A stretch of 64,000 nt of DNA from Octopus bimaculoides (lineage: Eukaryota): contig NC_068982.1 of assembly GCF_001194135.2 (NCBI RefSeq), forward strand, positions 190,739,550 through 190,803,549, written 5' to 3'. Below are positions 1-12,997 of the stretch, one piece after another (position 1 is the stretch's first letter; every line of letters begins with the position of its first letter). Below the pieces are notes generated by a model. It was not told the origin of the DNA, did no database searches, and saw only the letters and a program-made list of their open reading frames with translations. A program made the translations under genes and the position numbers.

Positions 1-554
1 ATATATATATATATATATACAGGTATTACGTAATATTATATTACATTATATCATGTAATATATATTATATGTATACATATATACTTACATATATACATTT
101 GAAATATACGTAGGCATCTATGTATATTTCTTCTATTTGTTGTGGTCACTATAGCAGAAATAAAACAGACAGTAAAACCAATATAAAATAAATATGAATT
201 ATTTGTCAAAACGTTCACCAAAAATGATTCTCCTTCTCTGTAGATATGCGTAGTTATTTTCGCCATAATTCTGTGAAATTCATAGCGTTTGTTGGACGAA
301 TCTCTGCGATCTCTGGGTGTTCTACCCTGTCAACTGATAGTTGTAAAACTAATAGAGATCATCAAAGACTATATAATTGATTCGATTAAAGACACACACG
401 ACATCTAGGCACCACAATCAAACTAACAGTGAATATTTATCTAGCTTTCGATTCCAATCTCATTATCTGCCAACTCGTGAATTACTTCAAGGCCCTCGCC
501 ATTTTCACTGTAATATTGCTATCGCATTCTGCTAAATATACAACTTATTCCATA

Positions 555-1527
555 CGCGGCGATATCAAAAAGCTCCCGGACTAGTTCTGTAGCGCGCCAA
601 TAGATGGCAGCACACGGTTGCGTGTACAATGAAAGCTAGCAATGACCTTCATGAGACAGTGTGCCGAGTGACATCGCTGTATATGTTGTAGTCTGCGTTT
701 TTTTTTTGTCATGGGCAGGAAGCTGGAACAAAGAGCCAACGTGAAATTTTGCGTTAAANNNNNNNNNNNNNNNNNNNNNNNNNNNNNNNNNNNNNNNNNN
801 NNNNNNNNNNNNNNNNNNNNNNNNNNNNNNNNNNNNNNNNNNNNNNNNNNNNNNNNNNNNNNNNNNNNNNNNNNNNNNNNNNNNNNNNNNNNNNNNNNNN
901 NNNNNNNNNNNNNNNNNNNNNNNNNNNNNNNNNNNNNNNNNNNNNNNNNNNNNNNNNNNNNNNNNNNNNNNNNNNNNNNNNNNNNNNNNNNNNNNNNNNN
1001 NNNNNNNNNNNNNNNNNNNNNNNNNNNNNNNNNNNNNNNNNNNNNNNNNNNNNNNNNNNNNNNNNAGGGCAAGGCCGTCAATCAAGAGTCTTACTGCGAC
1101 GATTTGAAGTATTTGAACGCGGACATTCGGCGAAGGCGACCAGATGTGTGGAGCGCAAAGAATTGGATTCTTCACGATGGCAATGCACCCTGTCACTGAC
1201 CTCTCTTCACTCGTGAGTCTCTCGCTAAAAACAACAAGGCATCGCTCCTGCACCCGCCCTATTCAACAGATTTAGCACTTGCGGATTTCCATCACTTCCC
1301 CAAGATGAAAATCCAATTCAAAGGTCGCCGTTTTAACACAGTTGTCGAGATCCAGAGCTAATCAGGGAAAATGACTTCCAGGCCAGATTCCAAAAGTGAC
1401 AGGAAAGCTGAGACCGGTGTATTGCTGCGCAAGGTGACTATTTCGAAGGAGATAATGTTAAAATGTAATTAAATTAGTTAGATTTTGTCAAACATAACTA
1501 ATCCGGGAACTTTTTGATAGCGACTTG
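555..1527 (+). mobile_element. mariner (DD34D) transposon fossil with both TIRs
   Basis: Left end TA|CGCGGCGATATCAAAAAGCTCCCGGACTAGTT matches the reverse complement of the right end TA|CAAGTCGCTATCAAAAAGTTCCCGGATTAGTT, with TA flanks. Transposase remnants: MGRKLEQRANVKFCVK ... WILHDGNAPCH*...HPPYSTDLALADF...KGRRF...GDYFEGDNVKM*. Internal stops, the second catalytic D position reads G, and an N-gap covers 759-1065. Confidence 0.9.
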
Positions 1528-1789
1528 TAGGTTTCAATACAGTGTGCGTAAACCATTCGATGATAATAATTCTGTGTTTGTGTGTGTATACATACATAAC
1601 CACATGTGAATCGTTGGCGATTTTCTTCCTCCGTCTTCCCTTCTATTGGACTTTCGTCTGTTTCCGAAGAAGAGCGTCTGCTCGAACCGTTAAACCATCT
1701 TTCTTTCCTTTCCTGAGCGTCTGCTAACACTTTACATGTACCACGTCCTCGCGTTGTTGTTTTTTGTGTTTGTTCTTTTTTGGATTTAC

Positions 1790-1834
<45 letters not shown>

Positions 1835-2019
1835 ATATATATATAAATACATACATATATATATAAGTACATATATGTGTGTGTAAGTATATAGTTCTCC
1901 GTAGTTAAACATTGGTACACTAACAGAAGGGAGGACAAGTTTGGAGTTGTAACCGGCAAATTGTACAAATAGACATATACCCAGTCCCCAAGTAGTTACT
2001 TATATATACACACACACAG

Positions 2020-2071
<52 letters not shown>

Positions 2072-2540
2072 NNNNNNNNNNNNNNNNNNNNNNNNNNNNN
2101 NNNNNNNNNNNNNNNNNNNNNNNNNNNNNNNNNNNNNNNNNNNNNNNNNNNNNNNNNNNNNNNNNNNNNNNNNNNNNNNNNNNNNNNNNNNNNNNNNNNN
2201 NNTAAACGTAAACATCTTTATACCTCTTTATTGCTGCCCCCCACCCCCATTAAACCACCGCCACCACCGCTGCCGCCGCCGCCGCCGCCGCCGCCGCCTC
2301 TATTCCATCTCAGAATATAATCATCTCACACTCTGATAATTCCGAAATTTGAACCCACGGCTCACGTTACTTGCCAAACACTTGACGTCACCATTATTAC
2401 CCCTTCACTCACTCACTCATGGCGATGACCTCTCACAGGTCAGCAAACTGCAAACAATTCACTCTTCTTTTCTCCTCTCTCTCTCCTTCTCTCTTTCACT
2501 CTTGTTCTCTCTCTCTCTATTTATTTATCTGTTGCTTATG

Positions 2541-2740
2541 TTTTACTTGTTTAGTCAGTAGACTGCGGCCATGCTGGGGCACGGCCTTGAAGAATTTTAG
2601 TCGAGAGAATCGACCCCAGTACTTATTTTTTATAAGCCTGATACTTATTCTATCGGTCGTTATACCGAACCGCTAAGTCACGGCGATGTAAACACACTAG
2701 CACCGGGTGTCCAAGTGGTGGTGAAAGACAAACACAGACA
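2541..2740 (-). mobile_element. SINE family A, 3' part
   Basis: Matches the recurring GACTGCGGCCATGCTGG...ATCGACCCCAG...TACTTATTCTATCGGT...GTAAACACAC block seen in more than 10 places in the window. Confidence 0.8.
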
Positions 2741-3895
2741 CACATGTACACGCACGCATACGCACGCGCACGCACACACACATGCTCACACACGCACGCA
2801 CGCACACACACACACACATGCTCACGCGCACACACACACGCACACGCACGCGCACACACACACACATATGCTCACGCACGCACACGCACGCATACACACG
2901 CACATGCTTACGCACGCACGCAGGCACACACACACACACACACACACACATATGCATACATTATTTTATACATGTTTCAGTCATTTGACTGCAGCCATGT
3001 TGGAGCACCGCCTTGAAGAGTTTTTACCAAACAAATCCAACAATGCAACTGAACGACCACAAACCGGAAGCAGGCTTCTTACCACAAAGCCACACCTGTA
3101 CCTATCTATTTATTTCAAGTTCAACAAACCGCACACCCTTAAAACTCTCCCATTCGTCCTTCTCGTCTACCCTTTTCCGACCCCGCATCCTGGTTTACCA
3201 CTGTATACCGATAAGTAGTAGACAGAATATTGCAAGCCACCCCAAATCTCTCAATCACCACTCACATATATAAGCACTGAATAATTTCATTCGCGCTGTC
3301 AGGATTTAGAGAACTGAGAGTAACGCGATTAGTCTTAAGTGTCATCGTATCAATAGACACGTATTTCCACTCTACTGTACGTTATTGAGTAATTTAACTT
3401 AAATTCGCTTTCCTATTTCTCTTAAGCAGGTAACTACTTATATACAAATGCGTGTGTGTGTGTGTGTGTGCGTGCGGACGTACGTATGTATAAATATTTA
3501 GATATATGATAGAAAATGGAATTAACATTTTTTTATTTGAAATCACTACAATTGTTTCAAAACATTTTTACACCTGTAGTACATTGGTGAGATGTTGTGT
3601 AATCATTACATGCATGTAAAATGCGCTTCCTCGGGTGCCCGTTTAAATAAGTCTTCCATTAGATCCTACAGTCATTTCCCTCAGTATGAGAATGCTTACC
3701 CAAAACAATGTGTTATTATCAGCAGTTTACAGACAAAATTAAATCCATAGATATAGTGAGAGACAAAATACAATTATAATCAAAATACAAAATACAGGAA
3801 TAAAGAAACAGAAAAATGAATAAATAAAAATGTCAGGTTGACTGTAAATTACAATTCTGAGCAGGAGCATTTCCAGTGTATGATGAGATCAGTGT

Positions 3896-3959
<64 letters not shown>

Positions 3960-4096
3960 NNNNNNNNNNNNNNNNNNNNNNNNNNNNNNNNNNNNNNNNN
4001 NNNNNNNNNNNNNNNNNNNNNNNNNNNNNNNNNNNNNNNNNNNNNNNNNNNNNNNNNNNNNNNNNNNNNNNNNNNNNNNNNNNNNNNNNNNNNNNN

Positions 4097-4156
<60 letters not shown>

Positions 4157-4430
4157 TAGAATGGAACAGTGAGAATGGGTGGTCGACATTGCATTTGGGT
4201 GGGGTGGGGGGCTAATATTCTTCATTCATGGATTAACAAGGCAACCAATGATTTCACGAGAAGGAAATCTCCACAATACCTCAAACGATCCACTTGAGAA
4301 TGTTCCGCTTTGTCTCCGCATTCTCCAAGTGGGTTGTTTTAAGAACTGCGGAAATATTTTTCACATGAAACCATTGGTTGCTTTGCTCATCCATGTGTGT
4401 GTGCGTGTGCGTGTGTGTGTGCGTGTGTGT

Positions 4431-4464
<34 letters not shown>

Positions 4465-4536
4465 CTGTGTGTGTGTGTGTATGTTTGTATGAGCGTGTGT
4501 GTGTATACATACTCACTCATATATATATATATGTAG

Positions 4537-4598
<62 letters not shown>

Positions 4599-4667
4599 GC
4601 AAACAGACAGACAGACATACAGATTCATTGACAGACAGAGATATATATCCTTATGTGTGTATACGTA

Positions 4668-5281
4668 CGAGTCTGAGTTCTCCTTGTTCAGTTAGCAAGG
4701 AAAATAGCTGCGCACGCAATCCACTTCTGTTGTTGTTGATATTATTTTGACATCATAACAGCAACAATAATTCATTTGAAATCGTTGTTCTACTAATGAT
4801 GTCCATGTCTGTTGGCAACACCATGTCTAATTTGAATATTATATCTAATTTGCATATTATGTCTAATTTGCATATTATATCTAATTTGCATATTATGTGC
4901 CGTTTCATGGACAGTTACTTGTCTCTTCAACAGAACCATTTTGACTCGTTTAATCTCGTCAGAAAGATACGACGTTGGTCGGGCATCCGCTCATTTTTGA
5001 CGCTTCACACATGTGTGACCCGATTTAAATTTTCCAATCCATTTTTAGAAGACTGTAGAGACGGACCACCTTCGACGGACATTGGTGCCTGATCCATGGA
5101 TCACGCGGATCACTAAATGGTATATATAGAAAGCAGAATGGCCGAATGAAGCGCAATATAAAGCACAATAATTGGTGCAGACCAAAGGAGAGTCACGTCT
5201 TCTGGTGGAAGCGCAACTAACTTTCCCGCCGATAAAACAACACTTATGAGCGCCTGACGGATAATGAATATCTCACCATCA
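4668..5281 (-). mobile_element. mariner transposon, internally deleted (N-terminal HTH part)
   Basis: Minus strand encodes WIGKFKSGHTCV...RPTS...DEIKRV...MVLLKRQVTVHETAHNMQIRHGVA, resembling the mariner N-terminal WxxxFKxGRTSV...GRP...ISHG pattern. Degenerate CGAGGGTGAG-type TIR remnants at about 5258-5281 and 4668-4680. Confidence 0.7.
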
Positions 5282-6174
5282 TATATGTATACATACGCAT
5301 ACACACACATATGTGTGCGTGCATGTATTCCTAAATACTTTAAGTGTGTATGTATATGTGTGTGTGTGTGCACGTGTATGCATATATGTATGTGTATGTA
5401 TATGTGTATGTGTATGCATGTGTGTGTAGAGAGAGAGATAGAGGCAGAGACAGAGAGACACACACACACGCATACACACACAATACATACGCGCGCGCGC
5501 GCGTACAAATAGACATAGAGAGTGCAAGGTGGGAAGGGAGAAATTAGAGAGAGGGCGGAGAGAGAGGAGAGAGATATAATACATTAATAAGATTACATTA
5601 GAGTAAGAAATATAAACACAGCACTTGCTTTTTATATCCATTTGTATGTGTGTATGTGTGTGTGTGACTTTGTGTGTATGTGTGTGTGTGACTTTGTGTG
5701 TATGTATGTATATACACACATACACACTCGTGTAGAATTTTTTTATTTTGCACATGCATTTTATGTTAATTTTATTTCATTTATAGATTTGTTTTGTTTT
5801 GTTTTTCTTCTCAGTAGCTGTAGAATTATCTAGACATTTTTTAAATATTCTTTTTGCGTTTCTTTTTTTAATACTTTTTTTCATTTCTTGTCTGGTAAAC
5901 ATAATTCGTAACAGGCCTGGAGACTAAAAACAAGAGAGAATAAAAAACGAAAATGCTTCCAATTATTTTATTATTTATTTATATCTATTTTATCTGAACT
6001 GTTCTTGTAATTCACTTTGTCACTTTTTATAAGGAAGGAATTTCCCTAAAGGAATAAAAGAAATTCCATAGACAATTCTGGTAAATACCACCACACCTCC
6101 TCAAAATGAGAGAGAGCCATTCTGTAGACAACCTCCTATTGTCGACTGGTGCTCGGTTTTATCTTCTCTTCTAC

Positions 6175-6505
6175 TGGCATTCCGTCGGTTACGTCTACAG
6201 TATCCCAGCTGATCCGATCAACGGATCATACTGCTCGTGGGATTAACGTGCAAGTGGTTGAGCATTCCACAGACATTGGTGCCCTTCATAAAGTCCTCAG
6301 GCAGATTCAGCCACAGACACGCATACCTTCACGTAGTTCTCAGGGAGAATACGACAAGGCTGGTCCTTTGAAAAACAGGTACGATTCATTTTCGCTAGGT
6401 AAGTGGGCTGGGGCAACGTAAAATAAAGCATCTTGCTCAAGGACACAACGCGCCACCAGGAATTGAACTCACGACCTAACAATCGTGAACCGAATACTCT
6501 AACCA
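6175..6505 (-). mobile_element. SINE family C (tRNA-derived head)
   Basis: Reverse complement has TGGTTAGAGTATTCGGTTCACGAT...GAGTTCAATTCC (B-box)...TTGAGCAAGATGC. The body is shared with 15258-15572 and 32370-32745. Confidence 0.85.
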
Positions 6506-8359
6506 CAAAATCACTTGCCCCTTACTGCTAAAAATGTCTTTGAGGAAAATATGCAGGTCACTTCAACTGAAATGTCTATCTTTCAGACATTTTCTAAGTG
6601 TCCATTAACCCAAATCCATCTCAAGACATACCAGAACACCAGTGTCTTTTATGTGTGCGTGTGTGCTCCACCAACTGCCTGACAGCCGGTGCTGGTTTGT
6701 TTACGTCCTCGTCACTAAGCAGTTTAGCAAAAGACCGCTAGAATAAAATACCAGTCTTAAAAGAAATAAGTACTTGGGTCAATTGTTTGACTTGGCCGAA
6801 TATTTTTCTACCATAGTCGAAGCCGGAAACTGCATAGAAGCCCGTCAAAAGAAACGCACCTATCCTTGAGGAACAGATGTAATCCGTCGTCAGGTTTTAA
6901 CACCACCATGTGGCTTCCTCAGGTGACTTTGGCAAAGTCCACTTTGTTGCAAAGGTTTCGGTCAGACTTCCGGTTCAAGAATAACATCATCCCTTCCATC
7001 TGCCACGGTGGTCCTTAAAAACATTTAAAATATCATCACGAAAATGTGTTTTGTTTCTGTAGGTCTAGCGACTGTATTGGGATTTCATGGTTGACTGTGA
7101 CTGTGAGCTGGTGATTAAGATACTGCTCTCACGATCGCAAGGTCGTAGTTTCCATTCCCGGATTGGATGGTGCACTGTGTTCTTGAGCAAAACACTTCAT
7201 TTCATATTGCTCAGTCCTATTCAGCTGTAAACGAATGACCCTGCGATGGACCGTCGTTTCTAAACCATGGAAGCCGGGTAACCGACCCTAGGAGTTTTAG
7301 GACTCGAGTCAGCAATGGCCAAGAATTACCCGATTTTAGAGCCTTAAGATAGAGGTAGACATCTAAGAATGCAGGAGAAACCTTGTAACGCCTTAGAACA
7401 GCTGTTCTCAACCACGGTTCCAAAGACCGCATGTGGCTCTCAAGCATCCTTCCGCTGACCCCGGACGGTCTTCCCTCAATAAATATAATTCTTTTTCTTT
7501 AAGTGACTTTGTTTTATATTTTTTGGCGCGACACCCTAAAAAAATACACAGGTTTTGGATTTAGATCGGATATTAAAAAGATTGAGAACCATTGTAAAGG
7601 CAAGTTAATATAGCTGTCTCTATGTAACCACTTGACTTGCAGGAAACAACAGTCAAAACTTTCTCTGAAAACACACGCTTTTAAATTGCTCGTCTTCAAA
7701 AAGCTATAAAAATATACTATGTTTGAAAAGACTATGTTTGAAAAGACAGGATGCTCACGACTTGAATGTTTTTTTACATTTTTACCATGGGTCCGTTTCA
7801 CCAAGACTGACCAGGGGTTAAAATCAATCACAACACTAACTACAGCTCTAAGTAAGCCGTCTGTGACCTTGTTATGTTTTCTGTTTTCCTTTTGGTTTCA
7901 CTTACGCCAGCAAATCTTCTTAAAACCATTCATGGACATCACGTAATCACGTTTCTCGTCCATATTTCTTCCTTCTTACCTTCTTCTCACCAAAGAAATC
8001 GATATTTTTCTAGTTGAACATTGGCGAAAATACTGAACAAAACCAATAAATAGTCAGCTATATGGTGAGGCGGAGATGTGTTGGGGAGGAGGCAGAATCT
8101 AATGCCACATTGCATAGAATGTGTTGATTGATCACTGTGAATATATCGGCAAAAATCATCGAATTTATCGATAAACGATATCCCTTCTCGATACTGTAGG
8201 TATTGATGAGAGATTAAAGATGGAACTTGGAAGATAAAATGATTCGGAGGAGATAGGACCTGGTGTCATAAAGATACACCCTTCTTCACTGATGTGAGGG
8301 AAGGTTACAGTAGTAGTGGTGGTGGTGGTGGTGGTGGTGGTAGCAGCAGCAGTAGCATC

Positions 8360-8400
<41 letters not shown>

Positions 8401-8984
8401 NNNNNNNNNNNNNNNNNNNNNNNNNNNNNNNNNNNNNNNNNNNNNNNNNNNNNNNNNNNNNNNNNNNNNNNNNNNNNNNNNNNNNNNNNNNNNNNNNNNN
8501 NNNNNNNNNNNNNNNNNNNNNNNNNNNNNNNNNNNNNNNNNNNNNNNNNNNNNNNNNNNNNNNNNNNNNNNNNNNNNNNNNNNNNNNNNNNNNNNNNNNN
8601 NNNNNNNNNNNNNNNNNNNNNNNNNNNNNNNNNNNNNNNNNNNNNNNNNNNNNNNNGAGGAGGAGGAGGAGGAGGTGGAGGAGGAGGAGGCATGAACTTG
8701 TGGTTGAGAAGTTTCGAGAATCGTTCTCATTGCAGAACACCTTGTTGAATATTCGGAGGTTAAATCTTATCGAGCAGATCAAGGATTAACGACATTCCAG
8801 CCAAGCATAGTGTATCGCGTACTACATTATGCAATGTATACTTTCTTCCTTTTTTAAGATGATAAAATTTGAATTACGGGAGCCAGAGCTACTATTTCTA
8901 ACAGATCGAGAGACCATGTAGAGTCCTCTCCCCCATCATCTTGAACTGGAGTCCGAGGTGGACAAGTCTATCATAACGTCAATA

Positions 8985-9111
8985 GAGAAGTTTGCTTTCC
9001 AACAACACGGTTTGCGTTGTACCTTGGGGCAAATATTTCCACTATAGCCTCTGAACGACCAAAGCCTTCTGAGTAGATTTGGTAGATGGAAACTGAAAGA
9101 AGCCCGTCGTG

Positions 9112-9194
<83 letters not shown>

Positions 9195-9360
9195 TGTATT
9201 CGCGTCAACATAACTTAGCTGTTCGGCAAAAAAGGCCGATAGATAAATACCAGGCTTTAAAAAAAATAGGTACTGAGTTCGATTCATTCAGCTAAAAATT
9301 CTTCAAGGTGGTGCCCCAGCATGGCCGAAGTCTAATGAGTAAAGCAAGTGACAGGTAGAA
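8985..9360 (+). mobile_element. SINE family A with internal (GACA)n/(GATA)n
   Basis: CCTTGGGGCAA...GAAACTGAAAGAAGCCCGTCGT, then a microsatellite, then GGTGGTGCCCCAGCATGGCCG... Confidence 0.8.
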
Positions 9361-9992
9361 GATAAAAAGTTATTTACTGTATATGTGCTGGAAAATGTCA
9401 ATCAACCAACATTGTGTATGTCCCCTCCACCGACTCCCCCTTTTGACACCGGTCTACTGTAATATGCTAATCAAATTAATTAGTACTACGAACATGTTTC
9501 ACGAAACACACTTTAATTTAATCTTTGAAACATAATTTCTTCAAGTAACATATGTCGTCTTAGCTAAAACAACAACGAACGGTTAAAACCATAATAATGC
9601 CTATTATCGCATTGCTTTATTTTCTTAGCAGGAATTCTTTGGAAAACAGATGGAATTAGTTGTCACATTTCAAGGATCACTGACTTGGATCTTAAAATAA
9701 GACTGAAGCCTTCAAGAAGCCAGGTTGTTGAATAGATGGTCATCTTTCAACACACTGATCATCACTGGTCATTACTGATCACCACCGACCAATCAACCCG
9801 ACTCATTGTCTTCGCTTTCCTGCCAGAACAATTTTAACTTTCTTTGCGGCGTTCGTGGCATCGGCAGAAGGTTTTTATCTCAAAATTACCGATTGTACTT
9901 CCGCTAAAAATCTCTGATTTCAAGCATACCCAAGGAAAGCAATTGGAAACCAATTTAGAAACAGTTCTCTGCTACACCAGAACATTCCAGAA

Positions 9993-10456
9993 CAAAGGTT
10001 CTCAACGGGGGCCATATGCCCCCCCCCCCGAAGCATTTGGAGCTCGAGGGGCGTCGTTTTGGAGCAAAGGGGATCTCTTGTACCAAAGAGCGCTCTTTCG
10101 ATAGACAACACGTTGATCTCATAAGTGTCGTCTGGTCGAAATAAACGCAATTACCTAACTTTCAGCTCATTATTTCATTTTACTCTACAACTGTACTCCC
10201 GACTGCGTACATCTGTACTCCCGACTGCGTACATCTGTACTGACTGCGTACATCTGTACCCCCGACTGCGTACATCTGCACTCCCGACTGCGTACAAGTG
10301 CATATGTAAAACGACGTCCTTTATTTTTTAACCATTATCTGCTGATATCAAAATAAGTAGTATATTGAAAAAGAAAAATATTTTCTGGGGGGAGGGAGAT
10401 TTGTGACTACATGGGTCAAAAGGAGGCCTTTGGCCAAAATAGGTTGAGAAGCTTTG
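9993..10456. mobile_element. non-autonomous hAT (Charlie-type) element
   Basis: 14-bp TIRs CAAAGGTTCTCAAC / GTTGAGAAGCTTTG with one mismatch. 8-bp TSD TTCCAGAA / TTCTAGAA fits the NTCTAGAN Charlie target. Confidence 0.8.
10191..10296. repeat. 22-bp minisatellite, about 5 copies
   Basis: Unit GACTGCGTACATCTGTACTCCC in direct tandem with small indels and no spacers. Confidence 0.95.
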
Positions 10457-10685
10457 TTCTAGAACATTATTTGACTTATGATTGTCATACGTGTTCCAGT
10501 AGCTACCCTTCCTCACCAGACTTCTTATCACAAGCTAGAAGTGCATTTAGGCCTGAATGTGGAAATATATAGTTTTGCAAACCACAGGATTCCGTTGTGG
10601 TGAGTGAACAAGAAAACCGAAAACTGTAACGTCTTCATGCCTGAAAATCAAAGACAACTCATCGTTAATATCAGAATATGTGTAG

Positions 10686-10895
10686 GGCGGAGAACTGGCA
10701 GAATCGTTATCACGCCGGACAAAATGCTTCGTGGAATTTCGTCCGTCTTTACGTTCTGAGTTCAAATTCCGTTGAGGTCAACTTTGCCTTTCATCCTTTC
10801 GGGGTCGATAGAATAAGTACCAGTTATGTACTGGGGTCGATGTAATCGACTTAACCCCACCCCACCTTGCTGGCCTTGTGCCAAAACTTTGAAAT
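10686..10895 (+). mobile_element. SINE family B (tRNA-derived head)
   Basis: GGCGGAGAACTGGCAGAATCGTTA...GAGTTCAAATTCC...TTTGCCTTTCATCCTTTCGGGGTCGATA...GGCCTTGTGCC. Same family at 36511, 36744, 44961 and 54295. Confidence 0.85.
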
Positions 10896-12229
10896 CTATA
10901 TCAGAATACTTTTAACTTATCAATGAATTCAACGGAACCCGATGTCTTTTACAGCCATCGCTGTCTTAAGAATTACACTCAGCATTAACCGACAGCGTAG
11001 TTGCGGAGTAAAGAAATTTGTTTGGCTACTAAGTGGTTCTGGGTTCGATCCCACAGCACAGAATTTAGATAAACGTATTCTAACATATACGGGTATTGAT
11101 CAATGCTTTGCGAATTCACTTTATTAAGTAGAACCATGTGGAAGCCTGTCGTATTCATATCTTATAGTCCGAGTATGTCACGGTTTCATAGTATCGGATA
11201 TTGTTATACATCGCTGCTCACAATGCACTTGCATCGTTTTAGCTTTCGAATGATGCCACCCCACTAGCTAGGCAAGCAGGCCAACATTCCCCCTGACTGG
11301 AAAGTTATTTCATCACGGGGTGACCCATTTAGACCCCTAAGTGAACTGGAGCAACTAAATGGAGTGTTTTGCTCAAGAACACAACGCGACGCCCAGCCTA
11401 GGAATTGAAACTATGATCTAACGATCGTGAGAGCAACACCCTAGCCACCAAGCCATGCACCTTCTGTGTATATAATCTGCAGATTTCTCGTGAGTTCGGT
11501 AGCGACGTTTCCTTTTTCCTGTTATCTTCAACATTATGAAGACTTTTCGGCTCGAGACACTTGCGGTAAGAAGTTTGAAAGACAAGCGAGTGAGACTGGT
11601 CCTACGCTAAAGGTTGTCGTGTGGTTCGTTCAGCAAAGCACGACCCCAGTATCAACACCATCCCAGCTTCTGGAGAGTAAAGAGGCGACAGAGACAGGAA
11701 GAGATGCTACCGGTAGAAGCTTCAACTTCGATCATGCACACAGGCGGTCATAAGGTGATGGCTGCTTTCCACAGACCTGGGGCATTAGACTGCGGCCATG
11801 CTGGGGCAACACATGAAGAAGTTTTAGTCGAACGAAAAGACCTCAGTGCTTATCTAGTTTTATCAGAGTTTTACAATTTCCTTGGGTGCATATCTCAAAT
11901 CATTAGTATGAGGATATTTTCCGAGGAATTCCTTTCCAACACATGTGAAGCTATTTATATCATGCACAAAAACTTGATCTACGGAAGAATTGCGACACTT
12001 GGCGATTAATAGTTGTATGTATGTATGTATGTGCATGTATCCATGTGTGCATATATATATAAATATATGTGTGCGTGTGCGTGTCTATGTGTGTGTGAGT
12101 ATGTACGCATGTATGTTTGTATGCATGTATGTATGTATGTATGTATGTATACATGTATGTATGTATGTGTGTGTATGTGTGTATGTATGTATGCATGCAT
12201 GTATGTATGTACGTATGTATGTATGTATA

Positions 12230-12570
12230 CGTGCAGTGTCTTCTCATATAGCCCCGAGCCGACCAAGTTTTGTAAGTAGGCTTGGTAGACAGAAACTGAA
12301 AGAAGCTCGTCGTAAATACATACATGCATGTATACATATATCTGCATCAATGTGTGTGCTTTTGTGTCTATGTTTGTCTCCACCACCGCTTGACAACCGG
12401 TGCTGGTGTGTTTACGTCCCCGTAACTTAGCGATTCGGCAAAAGAGGTCGATATAATAAGTAACAGGCTTTTAAAATAAGTACTAAGGTCAATTCATTCG
12501 ACTAAAAATTATTCAAGGTGGTGCCCCAACATGGCCGCAGTCTAATGAGTGAAACAAGCATAAGATAAAA
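12230..12570 (+). mobile_element. SINE family A
   Basis: GAAACTGAAAGAAGCTCGTCGT...CTTGACAACCGGTGCTGGTGTGTTTACGTCCCCGTAACTTAGC...CATGGCCGCAGTCTAATGAGTGAAACAAG. Confidence 0.85.
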
Positions 12571-12640
12571 GATATAGTCAAAAAGTAGATTTTGTAATTG
12601 ATAAAAAGATATTATGTAAAAATGCCAATGAGGAGAAAAT

Positions 12641-12997
12641 GCCAAAAGGGCGGCGGTTGATTGATTGAATGACGCCAGCCAGAAAACAGTACAACAAATG
12701 TAACACGACCACCCGAGGGTGTCTGTTCACGTTCATATTCTAAGAAACATCTTGAGGGTATTATGAGCTTCTTCACAGATCAGGTTTGAGATGTACCTGA
12801 CTCCATAATAACACCAAGCATCAAAGTACCAGCTTCAGAAAACCATGAATTTCCTCATTGATCGGGTCCGTGATGTGCTTGACACAACCATAACACATCA
12901 GATGATCAGCTTGTTGATGTCTTAGACGTAGAGCGTTGCGATGGCATTTGGTGGCTCCCTTGCCGAGTCTTTTGCTAGCCTTGCTGCATCCAGGAGA
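12641..12997 (-). pseudogene. decayed histone H4 pseudogene with internal duplication
   Basis: Minus strand GCSKASKRLGKGATKCHRNALR versus H4 [39 protein letters not shown] and GVRYISNLICEEAHNTLKMFL versus H4 [24 protein letters not shown]..LYCF versus GRTLYGF. Downstream CGCCCTTTTGGC resembles a broken histone stem-loop. Many frameshifts and CGN to TGN changes. Confidence 0.8.

Noticed and set aside
7399-7594. Possible hAT MITE (CAGCTGTTCTCAACC...TTGAGAACCATTG)
   Set aside because: TIRs match only loosely and the flanking 8-mers do not form a TSD.
8165-8790. Poly-G/S/E ORFs around the N-gap as an exon
   Set aside because: (GGT)/(AGT)/(GAG) repeats flank a gap, and the adjacent unique sequence has stops in all plus frames and no recognisable homology.
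10191-10296. Regular 22-bp repeats as a CRISPR-like array
   Set aside because: No spacers, eukaryotic context, and located inside a hAT element.
11466-11753. 95-aa non-repetitive ORF
   Set aside because: No recognisable motif, and it is wedged between SINE fragments.
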